Positions 24,726-38,571 of a stretch of 64,000 nt of DNA are shown here, piece by piece. Source of the DNA: Heteronotia binoei. Lineage: Eukaryota. The stretch covers positions 112,468,001 to 112,532,000 of the forward strand of contig NC_083228.1 of NCBI RefSeq assembly GCF_032191835.1, in the 5' to 3' direction. The notes beneath the pieces are model-generated. The model was given only the letters and a program-made list of their open reading frames with translations. It was not told where the DNA came from and searched no databases. Made by a program: the position numbers and the translations under genes. Numbering within the stretch: position 1 is the first letter of the stretch; each line of letters begins with the position of its first letter.

Positions 24726-27700
24726 CTACCATGAGGACTAAGGGTATGTGTCCTGAAATTCTTGAATAAAAATGTACATGAAAATTATTTTGTTATGGTG
24801 ATTTCTAGAATAGTAAACACAAATCCAGGATTCTTAAGGATTACAAAAAAAACAACCCCTCTTGAAAAACCAGTGTTGTTGTTTTGAATTTGGATGCTTA
24901 CTATTGTCAGCAGCAAACATCTTGTTTTTCTTTGATTCTCCTGATTTCCCAGGCAATGGAGTTTCTCCCTTCCAATCAGATCTTTGCAAGGGATCACTGG
25001 AATACTCTCAGCCAATCATTATCAGACACAAACCTCAGAATAGAAATGTAAATCAGTCCTCACTTTTAAATAGTACTAGTAATTAAAGTACCCCTTCTCA
25101 GGATACCCAGCTGAAGACATGTGTCACATGCAATAACACACACACAATATATATATTTTTTTAAAAAAAAATCAAATGATTTCTAAAGAGTCAGTGTGAA
25201 AGCTCCCAGAGTCTCCTGTATTTTGTCGCTAGAGCAGAGGCCACATTGAAAGCAGAGTAGGTAAGTTTACCTCCCACCTGCCACAGCTCAGGAAATGTGG
25301 AAGGTTCTCTTTATGCAATGACCTCCACGGACTCTTCCAGCCTTATGATTATGCATTAAAAAGAAATGACAGTGCATTTTTAAATCTCCCTCCAAGTTAA
25401 GTATTACTAGAAACTTAGGTGAGAACTGGAATAGAAATAAAGATTATGCCTAATGGTAATAAAAACTGGGAATTATTAAAAGGATACCAATTTGCTAGAC
25501 TGTTACGCTATATTAGAAATATACAACAACATACCTGGTAAGTATGCCGTCTCAGCAAAGAACATACTAGCAGAGCCTGCATTCACAAAAACCTGTGATT
25601 GAGCAGTTTCTATTCTTGCAGTGTCCCTGTGATGAGACTGGAGGCATGATTTCTTTAACATACGAGTCAGAGACAGATCTTAGCACTGTGAATTGGGGGC
25701 CTCTGCAGACCTAATACTAAAATACAAGATTATCTTCAGCATTTCAGACACCAAGCTTGAGAGAGGGCTCCTGGAAAACTCTGGCCCAAGCACCTGCAGA
25801 AAAAAGGCCCTCCACAGGGCTCAGTTTTGATGACCACAGAATCTAAATTCCTTTCAGTTGAGTACAAGAATGAGAACATCCAAAAGTGAGGTAAGTCACT
25901 GGGGCAGTTTTCTGCAGCAAAGGTCTTCTTAGCTGCAAAAGGGCAATTACTGAAGGAGATTTGCCCATGTTCACAGATCCAAGCAGTGCTGATATTTTAG
26001 AGACAACTGCAAGAAGTGAGCTGGGAGAAATCACCTGGACAAAATGCACAATGCATAGCACTTGCCTTCTCATGCAGCCAGAAACAAGAAGCTGTATTCA
26101 TCAGAACAATTAATAGTTCTCATAAGGGTATGGGGAACTCAGATGCCTAGTATAGCACCATTGTGACTGGCTTACCAGCCCCGTTTAAGTTAGACACTGG
26201 AGCTGAGGTCAATACTGATTGGTTCATGATTAATTGATGGAGTGATGGACTGATTGAAGAAATTTGTATGCTAATTCCCCTGACCTGCTCATGGCAGTAG
26301 ACTAGTAAAACAATAAAACAAAACCACTCAAGATAATAAAGTCAATAAAACAAATCACATAATAAAGCAAGTCAATAAAACCACCAAACCAGCAGTATAA
26401 ATAAATAAAAACATCCATTAAAAATGTAGCAATCCAATACTGCCAATGCCTGCAGGGGAAAGTGAATAGGACATGGACAAACTTAATGCTAGTTGCCTTC
26501 AGGATTGCAAGGATCAAACCATCAAAGCTCACTGAAAGAATGATATTCCACCCCATGCTATCTCAGCTTCTATATCAAAGACAAAGCATACTCACCATTA
26601 CTGGGAAAGGCAGTTTGCATTGCCCTTGCTTTGACACAGTGCATAGATGAGATAGATTTGCTTTCCCCAGTCTCTGTAAGTATTATTCCGATGTTCTTGA
26701 GAACTTGGAGTGCTTTTCAGATGTGCATCCTATTCAGGCCTCAGATTCAGCAGGAGCTCACAGGAGCACAGCTCCTGACCCTTTCTGAGAGTTCCACCTC
26801 CTCCTTCCCAGTAGGTAGTAAAAGGGTTAAGCACTTGCCTACCCACCACCTATCCCCTATAAATTGTCTCCTCCTCTTAGCTGCTTTGCTGTTTAAAAAA
26901 TGACATCAAAGTGCTGTTACGCATGTTATTAGCATCTAATACGCAGCTAGCTGCTTAGTATATGAGAATCCTTCAAAAATTCTGTTCTGTAGGGTCAGTC
27001 AAATGGCAGGTGTTTTTAGAGGTCTCGGTGAAACAGCTGGTGATGAGAATAGCACTGAATACCAAAAACCCTTGCTCTGTTGCGAAGGATACCAGATGCA
27101 ACGATGATAAGAATCTCATTCTCATTTATATCTAGAAATACCCTGGAAACAATTGTTACAGTGCTTTACAGTGCTGCTGGACTCAGATTTTGTTCCGGTG
27201 CAGTGCTTGGATTTCATGGACTTTTGTGAACAATCGACAAAAGGGATCTTGGCTTGCATATCTTGGAAGATGCTTGGCAGAGTGCCCATGCCCTGGCCTT
27301 GCCCACAGAGGCAGATCTTGCATGGGAACTGACTCGTAGGTTCTCTGCTCATACAGGTGCATTGACTTCTTGGTTGCACAGACAGATTGCATTTCAGAAT
27401 GAATCCATTCCGTGCGAAGTGCCGCCTATAAGATCACCATGTTACCTTGTCTAAAGTGGCAATAAAGCCTGCAGGAGACTCCGATTTCACCCTGCGTGAG
27501 ATGGCAGCAAGCTGACAAGCTAGTGAAAATATTTTCACTCCTTCTAACTCCAATCAGATTATGGTTCATTAACTTGGTGGCCCAGAAATGGTCCATATGC
27601 TCAAAATGGTGCTCTGCCAGGTGCTGCAAACCTTTGAAAAAGATTTCAGTTGAAATGCCTGGTAAGAAAAAACAAAAGTATCTGCTGCAGTATGTTTAAA

Positions 27701-27839
27701 AAAAGTACAATAAATCTGGTCTCATTCAGATGCTCTAATTAGGAGCTACTTTAAATATTCTGAGCATATGCATCCAACAAGTTGCTTGATTCCTACAGAC
27801 TACACTGAGCTCTGCGTTCTATAGCAGGTCATACATTTA

Positions 27840-28016
27840 GACATATGAAGATGCCTTATACTGAATCAGTCCATTGATATATCATTGACATAGCTCTTCG
27901 AGGTCTCAGGTAGAATTCATCCATGTCACCTCCTTTTAATGGAAATGCCAGGGATTGAACTGGAGACCTTTTGCATGCAAAGCAGATACTTTACCATGGA
28001 GGTCATGGCCAGTCCC
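27840..28016 (-). mobile_element. Squam2-like SINE
   Basis: acatatgaagatgccttatactgaatcag tail and gggattgaactggagacc...tttaccat head, collinear with 63775-63983. Confidence 0.75.
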
Positions 28017-28839
28017 AAACATAATACATCAAAATCGGAGCTACCTAAGGTTGCCAACCTCCATGTGGGGTCTGGAGCTCTCTTAGAATTTACAACTGAC
28101 CTCCAGATCAGTTCTCCCAGAGAAAATGGCAGCACCTGAGTGTGGATTCTGTGGTGTTACATCCCTGCTGAGTTCCCTCCTCTCCCCCAACTCCAACCTC
28201 TTCAGGCTACGCTTCCAAATCTCCTAAGCCAAAGATGGCAGCCATAGAGCCAACTACATCCTGTTGGCAACCACAAACAGGAAGTTAATCAAAATGAGAT
28301 GTGACCTGACTTTGAATCCCAAACAGTGAGGCTAGATCTGGCTATTTCATTAATGCATTTTACTCTCTCCTTCCTGAGCCATCTTGAACTTTCCATTTCT
28401 CTTGGGTAGGGGGAGGGAAGTGCAGGGAGTGGAGGCAGCATCTCAGCAGATCTGTGTCTGACAGGCCTATTATCCAACCAGAAATCTGGGTTTCCACCAG
28501 ACAGTTTCATCCTTACTTAGAATTACTGTGCACAACATTCCCATCCCATCCCATTGGTAGCTCACTGGCTTGAAAAAAACTCTTTGCACAAACCATTCCA
28601 GCTGTTGAGCTTCAGATGGGTAGTAGGAATGGGCCAATGCTTTGCTCATGGCAGAGAACAAGCAGAGGTACAGGCAGACATTTGGGGGAAAGGGTTTACT
28701 TGTATTTTCTGTAATGTGGAATGGTTGTCAGAATGTTTAGGGTGGCTGCCAAACAGCCACACTGGTGTATTCCATTCTCTTCTTCCAACACTCACACATC
28801 TATGAAAGCTTGCATACTGTGCTGGGAGGAGGTCAAGAC

Positions 28840-29441
28840 CAGTATTCCCTCTAAGCTGAGTTAACGTGAGCTAGCTCACAGACGTTTAGCCTCCAGCTCT
28901 AAGGTTGCCAAGTACCTCAGTGCCTCCGGCACGGGACTATCCTCACGCATGCAACATGCACATGGCGCGAAGAAATCACGCAGAAGGGATGTCATCACGC
29001 CAGCGATGTTGCGCAGCATCCACTCTAGGTGTTTCTGGGAAAACTGTATGGCTTTCCTGGACACTCTAGCCATTTGGGAAAACTCTATGGTACCTATTGT
29101 ACTATAGAGTTTTCCCTCCCATAGAGTTTTTCTGGAAACACCTAGAGTGGACGCTGCGCAACCTAGCCGGCACGATGATGTCACTTCCAGGTGACATCAT
29201 TGCGCCGGTGATGTCGGGGGAGGTTCCCCCCACCAGCGCAATGTGAGCTGGTGGGTTGGGAACCTCCCGGGCAGGGAAACCCCCACCCAGACAGCCCTAT
29301 CCAGCTCACAGATTTTTGTCTTAGTTCAGGAAGGATGACCCCAGAGCACAATAATTGATGCAGTAGCTCACAACTTTAATGCCGGTAGCTCACAAAGTAG
29401 AATTTTTGCTCACAAGACTCTGCAGCTTAGAGGGAACATTG
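28840..29441. mobile_element. hAT MITE (outer element of a nested pair)
   Basis: TIR cagtattccctctaag / cttagagggaacattg, exact TSD gtcaagac. Confidence 0.92.
28900..29299. mobile_element. hAT MITE (inner, Blackjack-like TIR)
   Basis: taaggttgcca...cagcccta with exact TSD tccagctc and internal inverted repeats. Confidence 0.9.
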
Positions 29442-31737
29442 GTCAAGACTCTCATGAACACCTTGCTGCCCTTGGCTTTTTAGGTGTTCCCCTCCCCATC
29501 CCATCCTGATCTGCAGTTGAACATACGTACCTAAGAAGAGTTCTGCTGGATTAGACCAACAGTCCATCGAGTCCAGTGCTGTGGTCATCTGCCTCTAGAG
29601 CCGGGAGGTTTTGTTCTCAATTTTTTGAGCATATTATTTGCTGTATCCCCCATCCTCCACCTGACCCCATTTACTCACTTTCTATATTTTGTAATATCAA
29701 CAGGATTAAGCTAAGTTTAAGACTCTGTGGATGCTGCAGAAAACAGTATTATCTTTAAAACCCAGAAAAAACCATTTAGATCAAACTGAGAACATTTCAC
29801 TCTATATCAACAAAGCTTGCATAAGCAAGAAAGGCAGTTATTAATACCTGATATTTTGGTAGTCTGTGATTGTGTGATTATCCAGTCTACTTGAAATGCA
29901 CACCTTAAAGCGGGTGTGAATATTTTTGTTCAAGTTCTCTAGCATTCTCATGAACATTGCTGGAGGCACAGAGGGCTCAGCCTTTCTGAAATGTCCTCTG
30001 AAAGATGAAATTCTGAATGAAGCCTGACATCAGAAGTCTACTCTACACAAACTCCAGACTAATACATTAGAGCACAACTGCAAAAAAGTGCCTTTCTTAC
30101 TCTGGCTCCCACAGCTTTCAGGGTCAGCTCTGAGAAATATTCTGAGGTCAGGCAAACCCATGGAAAATCCAGATATCCTTCAGAATAATTGTATAATTCT
30201 AAATTCAGTACAGTTGTTTTGCATTTCTATACAACACAATCTACCACATTGAAAGATACTTTAATGCTTGTTTGTTATGGATTGAATCTCCAAGCTCTGA
30301 CAAATGGAAATCATTAACAGAAGCAGATCTTCCCTGCCTTCCCCTTATCACAGCTCTCTGCTCCCCTTATATAAAGCTGCAATGAACGGGGAATGCTCAG
30401 GGTCACTATCTGTTGGCTGGCAACCAGAAGAAGGATTGCAGGGATGGAGACAGGTGAGCAGGGCATTTCACAATGCCATGATGACACTTCCAGCTGCATA
30501 ACTGGAAATGATGCCACGATGACAGTTCTAGCTATATAACTGGAAATGTCCATAGCAATCAGGAAAATTTCTAGAGAATCCTGTGATGCAGTTATGTTAC
30601 CTCTGGATTCCTAGCTGTGAGTGATGTTGTGGGACTGTGCCATGCCATTTCCTCTGAACCACTCCACTGAACACCCATGGGGGGAAGGGGAGTGCTGGTG
30701 GATCAGGATCCCACCCCCACACTTTTGTAATATTCCACTTTTGTGAGTGGGACAATTTCTCTATTTCTGTCATTGATGTTTTTTACCTTGTTTCTAATTT
30801 CTGTAATCCTAGTCCTTTTGAATTGCTTATTAGATGTCTCATGCTATTTGACGGCATCGTTTTACACTGTAATTCTCCTTGAGTCTCCGTTGAGAAAGGA
30901 GGGCTGTAAATGAATGAAAAAAATTGGAAAGGGCAAACTGACATGGTGGATTGCTTAGTTGCTACCAGGCATTTGTATCTGGGGTGGCCAGGCTGGAGGG
31001 AGGAGATGCCACCCCCTACCAGCCTTTCCAGAGGTCAGTCAAGTGACCTTCTTTATATCACCTCCATTTCAGAAGAGGCTCCTCCTCTCTTGCTGTTTGC
31101 TTTTGTATGTGGAGTCCATTGACTAGGCTCCATTACAATAATTAAATCCTGACAAGCATTCTCATTCCTTCCCCAGACCCAACCCACGTCAAAGCATATC
31201 ATGAGATCCCAGGCTGTTTGTCCACCTTCAGACCTCAGCAAGGGGTCTTTGTTAGATGAACGCGTCTCAAACTATAAATAAATTCTACAAATTAATCTTT
31301 ACCCCTGTGGTACACTGAGAGATTTACTCGCCACTTACATGGCTAGCCCACCCCAGCTTTTCAGAAGGCCTAAAAAGAAAGGATAGGTGGAAATAGGAAG
31401 TGTTCTTCAAGCGCAGAAAAAAACTTATCCATTAATGAAGTGTTCAGAACAGCATAAAGTAGCCATAGGGAGCTGTGCACCAGTCAGCAATAAGGAAATT
31501 GGGGGAAATAAAGTTCCTTCTTAAACGGCAGTACACTTACAAACAAACTTCATGTAACCCCACAGTTTTAAAAATGTTATTGTTGTTATGCCAAATCTTA
31601 ATAGAGAAAACCAGCAGGAACTAACAATGTTTTAGACTGATGGCTTTATCAGATGTTAAACCTTAACCAGCAGGGAGAGAAAGAGTGGAGGAACACCTTT
31701 ACCAGCTTACCATCTTGCTGAAGATTTTCCTCTCCTT

Positions 31738-31797
31738 CCTGAGCCTGCTTCAGTAGGGAGGGCGGGATATAAATCAAATAAACTAAACTAAACTATC
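31738..31797 (+). mobile_element. L2-type 3' end
   Basis: tgagcctgcttcagtagggagggcgggatataaatcaaataaac(taaac)n. Confidence 0.75.
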
Positions 31798-31819
31798 ATG
31801 GTGCCTATGAAGCTTGGAT

Positions 31820-32008
31820 ATGGTTGCCAACCTTCAGGTGGGGCCTGGAGATCTCCCAGTCTGACAAAGATCTTTGGCAGGTGGACTCAATGGCATGATA
31901 CCCCTCTGAGATCCCTCCCCAGGCTCCACCCCCCCAAATCTCTAGGGGGTGAGGGGTTCTAGTGTCCTGACCTCACTGATGGACCTCCTGACTCACAGTT
32001 GGCAACTC
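31820..32008. mobile_element. hAT MITE carrying a CR1-derived patch
   Basis: ggttgccaacc...gttggcaac termini. 31951-31991 matches the CR1 3' UTR. Confidence 0.75.
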
Positions 32009-32704
32009 TTGGCCAGGGGGTGAGTTGAAGAGTAAGAAGTGAAGGGCTCCTGCTTCTTTGGTTCTTAATCATTGACTTGCAGCCCGGGTCTCCTAGGGGG
32101 CCAGCAAATACATCTAGCACCAACCCAAAGTGTAGTCAGCTGTTGTGCTGCTCTTTTGTTTCCTCTTGGTTTGTGTATAGTTCCTTTTTCTCAGAGTCCC
32201 TCCAGAGAGAAAATGATCTAAAGGGTCTCCGAAAGTCAACTGTGATTTGAAGGCACTTCTACCGACATTTTAGTTTTAACTCCTTTTGTGATGTGCTTTT
32301 ATACAGGTGTTGTTAGTTGTTAGCCACTTTGGAGGCCTTGACTAGGCTGAAAGGTGGGTATAAATCTTGTAAATAAACGGGGGGGATTAGCAGGAACACA
32401 GTTCCAGCTGGCTTGGTGCAGAGGGTGTGGCTTAATATTCAAATGTGTTCCTGCTGGACTTTTTCTATAAAAGCCCTGTGTGTGACAATGATGTCAGAGG
32501 GTGTGGCCTAATATGCAGATGAGTTCCTGCTGGGCTTGTAAATAAATAAGGGTCATGTCCATCTGGCTAAATGGTGAATCAAGATGGGCGCCATTGCTCT
32601 TCTAGCCTGGAAGGAAATAGAATTGTAAAAACTTTTGCTTTAACCTATGCACTGTTCTTCTTATCCCTCACCACTTCTTCTCTCTTTCTCCCTTCCTGTG
32701 ACAT

Positions 32705-32775
32705 CTGGTTACACAGAGTGTTGAACTGGATGGGCCACTGGTCTGGTCCAAAATGGCTTCTCTTATGTTCTTATG
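32705..32775 (+). mobile_element. CR1 3' end
   Basis: cagagtgttgaactggatgggccactgg...cttatgttcttatg. Confidence 0.8.
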
Positions 32776-33005
32776 GTTCTATGCCTCGAGAGTCCCTTTG
32801 TGTGCTTATCTGTTGAAAGCATGTGATGGGTGCAGTGAGCTAGGGAACAAGTTTGTTGATTGAGACTAACTTGGCTGAACAACAGAAGTTCAAAGGAGGA
32901 GAGAGGTGAGTGGGTTAAACACAATATCTTTGTGGATCGTGTCTTCTCTAGGCTCTTTGGATCATTTTTTTTTCTGCTCTGGTTCCTTGGAGAGAATATG
33001 GTGAG

Positions 33006-33201
33006 CGGGGATTTTTTTGAGCAGGAATGCACAGGAACGCAGTTCTGGCTGTCTTGGTGTCAGGGGGTGTAGCCTAATATGCAAATGAGTTCCTACTGGG
33101 CTTTTTCTACAAAAAGCCCTGTGTGAAAAATGGTGATGGCAGGAGGTGTGGCCTAATACGCAAATGAGTTCCTGCTGGGCTCTTTTTACAAAAAAGCACT
33201 G
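33006..33201. mobile_element. hAT MITE, CAGGGC family (a partial copy also lies near 32380-32540)
   Basis: gagcaggaatgcacaggaacgcagttc...aaaaaagcactg with two ggcctaatatgcaaatgag-type modules. Confidence 0.8.
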
Positions 33202-33525
33202 AGGGAAAGGAATCTCTTTTCTGTGCTTATCACTTCAGCTTTCATCCATTTCCACCCCTACACTGTGCATACAGAGCGTCTGGGAAATGACTGCATTGCA
33301 TGTCAATGCCAGAGGTGGGAGCATTGAGTGTGACCTAGGATGTAACATCTGCTCCAATCTCTCTTTAACTCATTCTGTGGGAATTGCAAGGGGCTGGAGA
33401 AAATTACTGGCAAATCCCTAAGGAGCCCAATAATCCATTCAGTTACCTGGCATGAGGATCATCTCTGGGTTTACGTGCCTTTCTACAATCAAAGCTATTA
33501 TTTCAGGAGTCTGTAGAGTCTGAGC

Positions 33526-33666
33526 NNNNNNNNNNNNNNNNNNNNNNNNNNNNNNNNNNNNNNNNNNNNNNNNNNNNNNNNNNNNNNNNNNNNNNNNNNN
33601 NNNNNNNNNNNNNNNNNNNNNNNNNNNNNNNNNNNNNNNNNNNNNNNNNNNNNNNNNNNNNNNNNN
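33526..33666. other. Assembly gap (141 N) at the L2 3' tail
   Basis: Run of N. Confidence 1.
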
Positions 33667-36505
33667 CTCCCCGCCTAGGCGGCTCAGGGCGGCTAACAAC
33701 CTTTTATACATGTACAATAATAGATAAAAACTTTAAATTCAACAATAAAAGCATTTAAACATTATAAAAACCAGTTAATAATTAAAAATACATAATTTAA
33801 GTTAATTTAAATTGATTTAAGTTAATTTAAGTTATCTGGCAGCAGTGGTGGCATTCTGACGCTGGTCTGCCAGTTTAATAATCCCATGATAATGTAGGTC
33901 CTTGAAACAGGACCATGCTGGCGGGTCCTTAATTCACAATAATAATTCAGCAGCCGGTGTATGCTTGTTTAAAGAGGACAGTTTTGCAGGCCCTGCAGAA
34001 CTGATCAAGGTTCCACAGGGCCCGCACCTCCTCCGGAAGTTGATTCCACAAGGCAGGGGCCGCAGCTGAGAAGGCCCGTGCTCTGGTGTTCTGGAGCTTG
34101 ACCACTCTCGGCCCAGGGATAGTCATTTTATTTTTTCCGACTGACCTCAGTGCCCTCTGGGGTTCATATGGGGAGAGACGGTCCCTCAGGTAGGCTGGTC
34201 CTCGGCAATACAAGGCTTCAAAGGTAATAACCAACACTTTGTACTGGACTTGGTATATAATTGGCAGCCAGTGCAGTTCGCGCAGCCCCGGTTGTATGTG
34301 CTCCCATTTCGGGAGCCCTAACAATAGCCTGGCCGCCGCATTCTGCACTAGCTGCAGCTTCCGGGTCCGGCACAAAGGTAGCCCCAAGTAGAGGGCATTA
34401 CAGTAGTCCAATCTTGAGGTGACCGTTGCATGGATCACTGTTGCGAGGTCGCGACGCTCCAGAAAAGGGGCCAACTGCCTTGCCCGCTTCAGATGGAAGA
34501 ATGCTGACTTGGCAGTGGCTGCTATCTGGGCCTCCATTGATAATGAAGGCTCCAGTAAAACACCCAGACTCTTTACCTGGCGCGCTGGTTTCAATGGCGC
34601 GCCGTCGAAGGCTGGGAGAGCTATTTCCCCTCCTAGAGTGCCACGACCCACACAAAGGACCTCTGTCTTCACTGGGTTCAGCTTCAGCCCACTCAATCTG
34701 AGCCATGTCGCAACAGCCTGTAAAGCTCAATCCAGGTTCCCTGGGGTGGAGCCAGGTCGGCCGTCTATTAGTAGATAGAGCTGGGTGTCATCTGCATATT
34801 GATGGCAGCCCAGCCCAAACCTCCGGGCAATCTGGGCAAGGGGGCGCATATAAATGTTGAACAACATTGGGGAGAGAACTGCTCCCTGAGACACGCCACA
34901 ATCTAGTGTGTGTCTCTGGGATCGCTCCCCCCAATAGCCACCCTTTGTCCCCGACCTGAGAGGAAGGAGGAGAGCCATTGCAAGGCCAACCCCCTAACCC
35001 CAATGTCGGCGAGGCGGCGCCTTAGCAACTGATGGTCGACTGTGTCAAATGCCGCCGACAGGTCTAATAGCATCAGTACCGCAACGCCGCCACGATCCAG
35101 TTGCCGCTGGAGGTCATCCACCAAGGCGACCAGCACCGTCTCCGTCCCATGACCCGGTCGGAAACCAGACTGGCATGGGTCAAGGACGGAAGCGTCATCT
35201 AGGAACCTCTGTAGCTGCAACGCCACTGCCCTCTCAATAATTTTACCTAAAAACGGTAAATTAGACACCGGTCGATAATTTGCCAATTCGGCCGGGTCTG
35301 CTGTACATTTTTTTAAGAGAGGGCGAACCAACGCCTCTTTCAGAGGTGTTGGGAAGTGCCCCTCTGCGAGGGATCTATTTATGATGTCCCGTAAAGGACA
35401 TCTAAGCTCCCTCTGGCAAGATTTAATCAGCCAGGAGGGGCAAGGGTCTAAATCGCATGTTGTTGGGCGAGCAGCGCAGAGGATCCCATCGACTTCCTCC
35501 AGGTTGAGTGGGTCGAAGTGATCCAGTACCAAACCCGAAGACAGGCACGGAGCCTCAATTTCACTTACTGTTTCCAAAGTGGTAGGCAGGTCTTGGCGGA
35601 GCAATGAGATTTTATCTGTAAAATATTTCGCAAATGCCTCGCAGCCAATCTCCAATTCTCTAATATTTGGTTTGCCTTGTGGCAATGTTATGAGGTCTCC
35701 AATTATTCTAAACAACTGTGCCAGGCGTGAATTTGCAGATGCAATCTTGGTTGCAAAGTAATTCTTCTTTGCAGCCTTGACTGCCATCTCATAAGACTTC
35801 ATAAGCGTTCTATAGGATGTTCTCATTGCTTTGTCCCGAGTATGTCTCCACTGCCTCTCTAATCGTCTGAGCCCTTGTTTCAGCTGGCGCAATTCCAAGG
35901 TGTACCATGGGGCCAGCCTCACACGAGGGCGCAGAGGGCGCCGAGGTGCTATTTTGTCGATGGCCCTGGATAACTGGTCTTGCCAGGTCTCCACAAGGCC
36001 ATCGAGGGAATTGCTAGTGGGCCAGGGATCCCTCAGGGCCATTTGGAACCGTTCCGGGTCCATCAGGCCCCGGGGGCGAGCCAAAATAGGCTCTCCGCCC
36101 ATACAGTGGTTGGGGTGGCGTCCCCACACGGGCCTTAAGGGCTAGGTGATCCGACCATGGTACCGCTTCTACAGCGATATCGTTCACCAAAATCCCGGAC
36201 GCAAAGATCAGGTCTAGTGTGTGCCCGGCCTGATGCGTGGGAGTCTTGACAAATTGAGAGAGCCCCAGTGTCGCCATGGAAGACACTAGTCCATCGCCTG
36301 AGTGGAGGCTGTGTCGTCAGCATGGACGTTGAAGTCACCCAGGACCATAAGCCCCGGAAACCTCAACGCCCAGCCCACCACTGCCTCCAATAGTGATGGT
36401 AAGGCGTTGGCTGGTGCGTTAGGCGGACAGTACACCAGCCAAACTGCCAACCCCTCTCCAACATCCCACGCCAGACCGGTGCATTCGATACCATCAATTA
36501 TTTGG
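33667..36505 (-). mobile_element. L2-clade LINE, 5' truncated, ORF2 disrupted
   Basis: APE motifs (VYCPP, LGDFNVH, THQAGHTLDLIF), RT motifs (LLDLSAAFDTVDH, GVSQGAVLSP, YADD), L2 C-terminus (LHWLP, RAFSAAAPALWN). Frameshifts and a TGA at 34727. 3' end ttagccgccctgagc runs into the gap. Confidence 0.95.
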
Positions 36506-36875
36506 AGAATGTTTACTGTGGGGGGGGGAGGAGATTTCATAGCATATCAAGTAACAGCGACAACAGGCTGCCAAAAGTCTTAGAACAGTCCATCAAAAAT
36601 TCTAGAGTGAATATAATTTTTAATAAATATATGTAATTTGAACCAGTCCAGGGATGCTATTGGTATTTGGAGCCATACTTTTACAAAATTGCTGTGTGCC
36701 ATTTTTTAAATTGGGATGAAATCAAAGGTCCATACAGTAAAACATCTATTGATCTGTGCAACTGCTGTACAAATATAGAATAAGATATTGTTTTGTTTTG
36801 TTGTCTTTTTGAAATTTCCTGTCACTCCTCTTTAAGGAAAACAAACTTGAAATGTATGGACAGAAAACTAGAAGT

Positions 36876-37178
36876 CATAAGAACATAAGGGAAGCCATGT
36901 TGGATCAGGCCAGTGGCCCATCCAGTCCAACACTCTGTGTCACACAGTGGCCAAAAAACCCAGGTGTCATCAGGAGGTCCATCAGTGAGGTCAGGACACT
37001 AGAAGCCCTCCCACTGTGCCCCCCAAGCACCAAGAATACAGAGCACCACTGTCCCAGACAGAGAGTTCCAACAATATGCTGTGGCTAATAGCCACTGATG
37101 GACCTCTGTTCCATATGTTTATCCAGTCCCCTCTTGAAGCTGCCTATACTTGCAGCCACCACCACCTCCTGTGGCAGT
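36876..37178 (-). mobile_element. CR1 3' fragment
   Basis: cataagaacataag tail, collinear with 45128-45455 and 62590-62880. Confidence 0.92.
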
Positions 37179-37727
37179 GGCAGTGAAAGTCAAAAGAAGC
37201 ACAGTATGTCACTACAATAGATGACTAGGAAGAGCAGCCCATGGTGAAGCTGCTGAAACTTGGAACAGGAGGCAGAGTAGTAATACTCCCGCCCCCCGTG
37301 CACAGCTTCTAGGTTCCTTCTAAGCAAAGCCCAAAACTCTCACAACTTAGAGCTGCGTTGCTCCATACTAATGAGATTGCAAAGACCATCCAACAGATAA
37401 GACCACAGACTTACACCTGTGCAGCCTCATTCCACACACAACCACAAGGAATATATTACCAACAGGAAGCATCTCATTTGCTATGAACTCAGTCTTTTCC
37501 TTCAAGTGCACTGCAAATGCATTAGCCTCACAAAACACTACCTTCGGCAGGACAGACCCAGTGGATTTTGTGCAACAAATGGAAACAAAACATGCTCATG
37601 TGCCTACACTTTCCCGCAATTTGGATGCCTTTGAAGCAATGGCTTTTGTCTTAGGCAAAATGGAAGGTGAAACAGGATTGCCTGTTATTGGTAGAAGTGA
37701 CTCCCACCCCCAACACAGATACACACA

Positions 37728-38361
37728 TAGGCTTCCCAACCCTCCCGCCCCGGCAGGGGACCCCAGGATTTCCACCCTCTTCCCCCGCTCCCCAAAAAAA
37801 CAGAAGCGGGGGAGGGGGGAATGGCGCCGGGGAGCATGGCGAGCTGCTCGATCCTGGAGCGGGTGAGGCCGCCGCGCCGCAGCCGCCCCCTCCCTGCCCA
37901 CCACAGCTGCTCCTCCGAGATGGGCCTAGGCTGAGCCCATCTCGGAGGAGCAGGCAAAACCAGAGAAGGGGAGAGAGAGGCAGGCCAGGAGCATGGCGAG
38001 CCGCGAATCCAGGCCCTTCTAGGACCCGGACTTGCGGCTCGCCACGCCCCCGGCCCGCCTCCACCCCCCCTCCACTTCCACCCCAGAGGCGGAGCGGGCG
38101 AGGCCGCTGCGCTGCTGCCGCCTCTTCTCCGCTCGCTGTGGCTGCTCCTCCGAGATGGGCTCAGCCTGAGCCCATCTCGGAGGAGCAGCCACGGCGAGCG
38201 GAGAAGAGGCGGCAGCTGCGGGGTGGCTCGCCACGCTCCCCAGCGCCGTTTCCCCCCTCCCCCCTAGCTCCACCCCAGTGTCTCCTGGCTCCACCCCCAA
38301 AGTCTCCTGGCTACACCCCCAAAGTCCCCAGATATTTCTGGGGTTGGACTTGGCAACCCTA
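37728..38361. mobile_element. CpG-rich hAT MITE
   Basis: taggcttcccaac...ttggcaacccta with exact TSD tacacaca. Confidence 0.9.
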
Positions 38362-38571
38362 TACACACACCACACTTTGATTTTCAGTTGTGCTTTTGCT
38401 TTGATCTGCATCTGCAAACCTTGCAGCATGCAATATGGATTAGCTTCAGAAATATGCAATATGAAATAGCTTCAGGCCTTTGTGGCAGAAGTGCATGTGG
38501 TCCTGCAGGGGGGAGGTTATTGGTTCTAATCAGTGCTTGTACTAAGAGTATTCTGCATTGTAGGTTATATG

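Noticed and set aside
30366-30460. TATA box followed by ATG GAG ACA G|gtgag, a possible extra first exon
   Set aside because: Phase 1 is incompatible with the phase-2 common exon, and the motifs are short and common.
37651-38459. Several long Pro/Arg/Ala-rich ORFs
   Set aside because: Stop-codon scarcity inside a GC-rich MITE.
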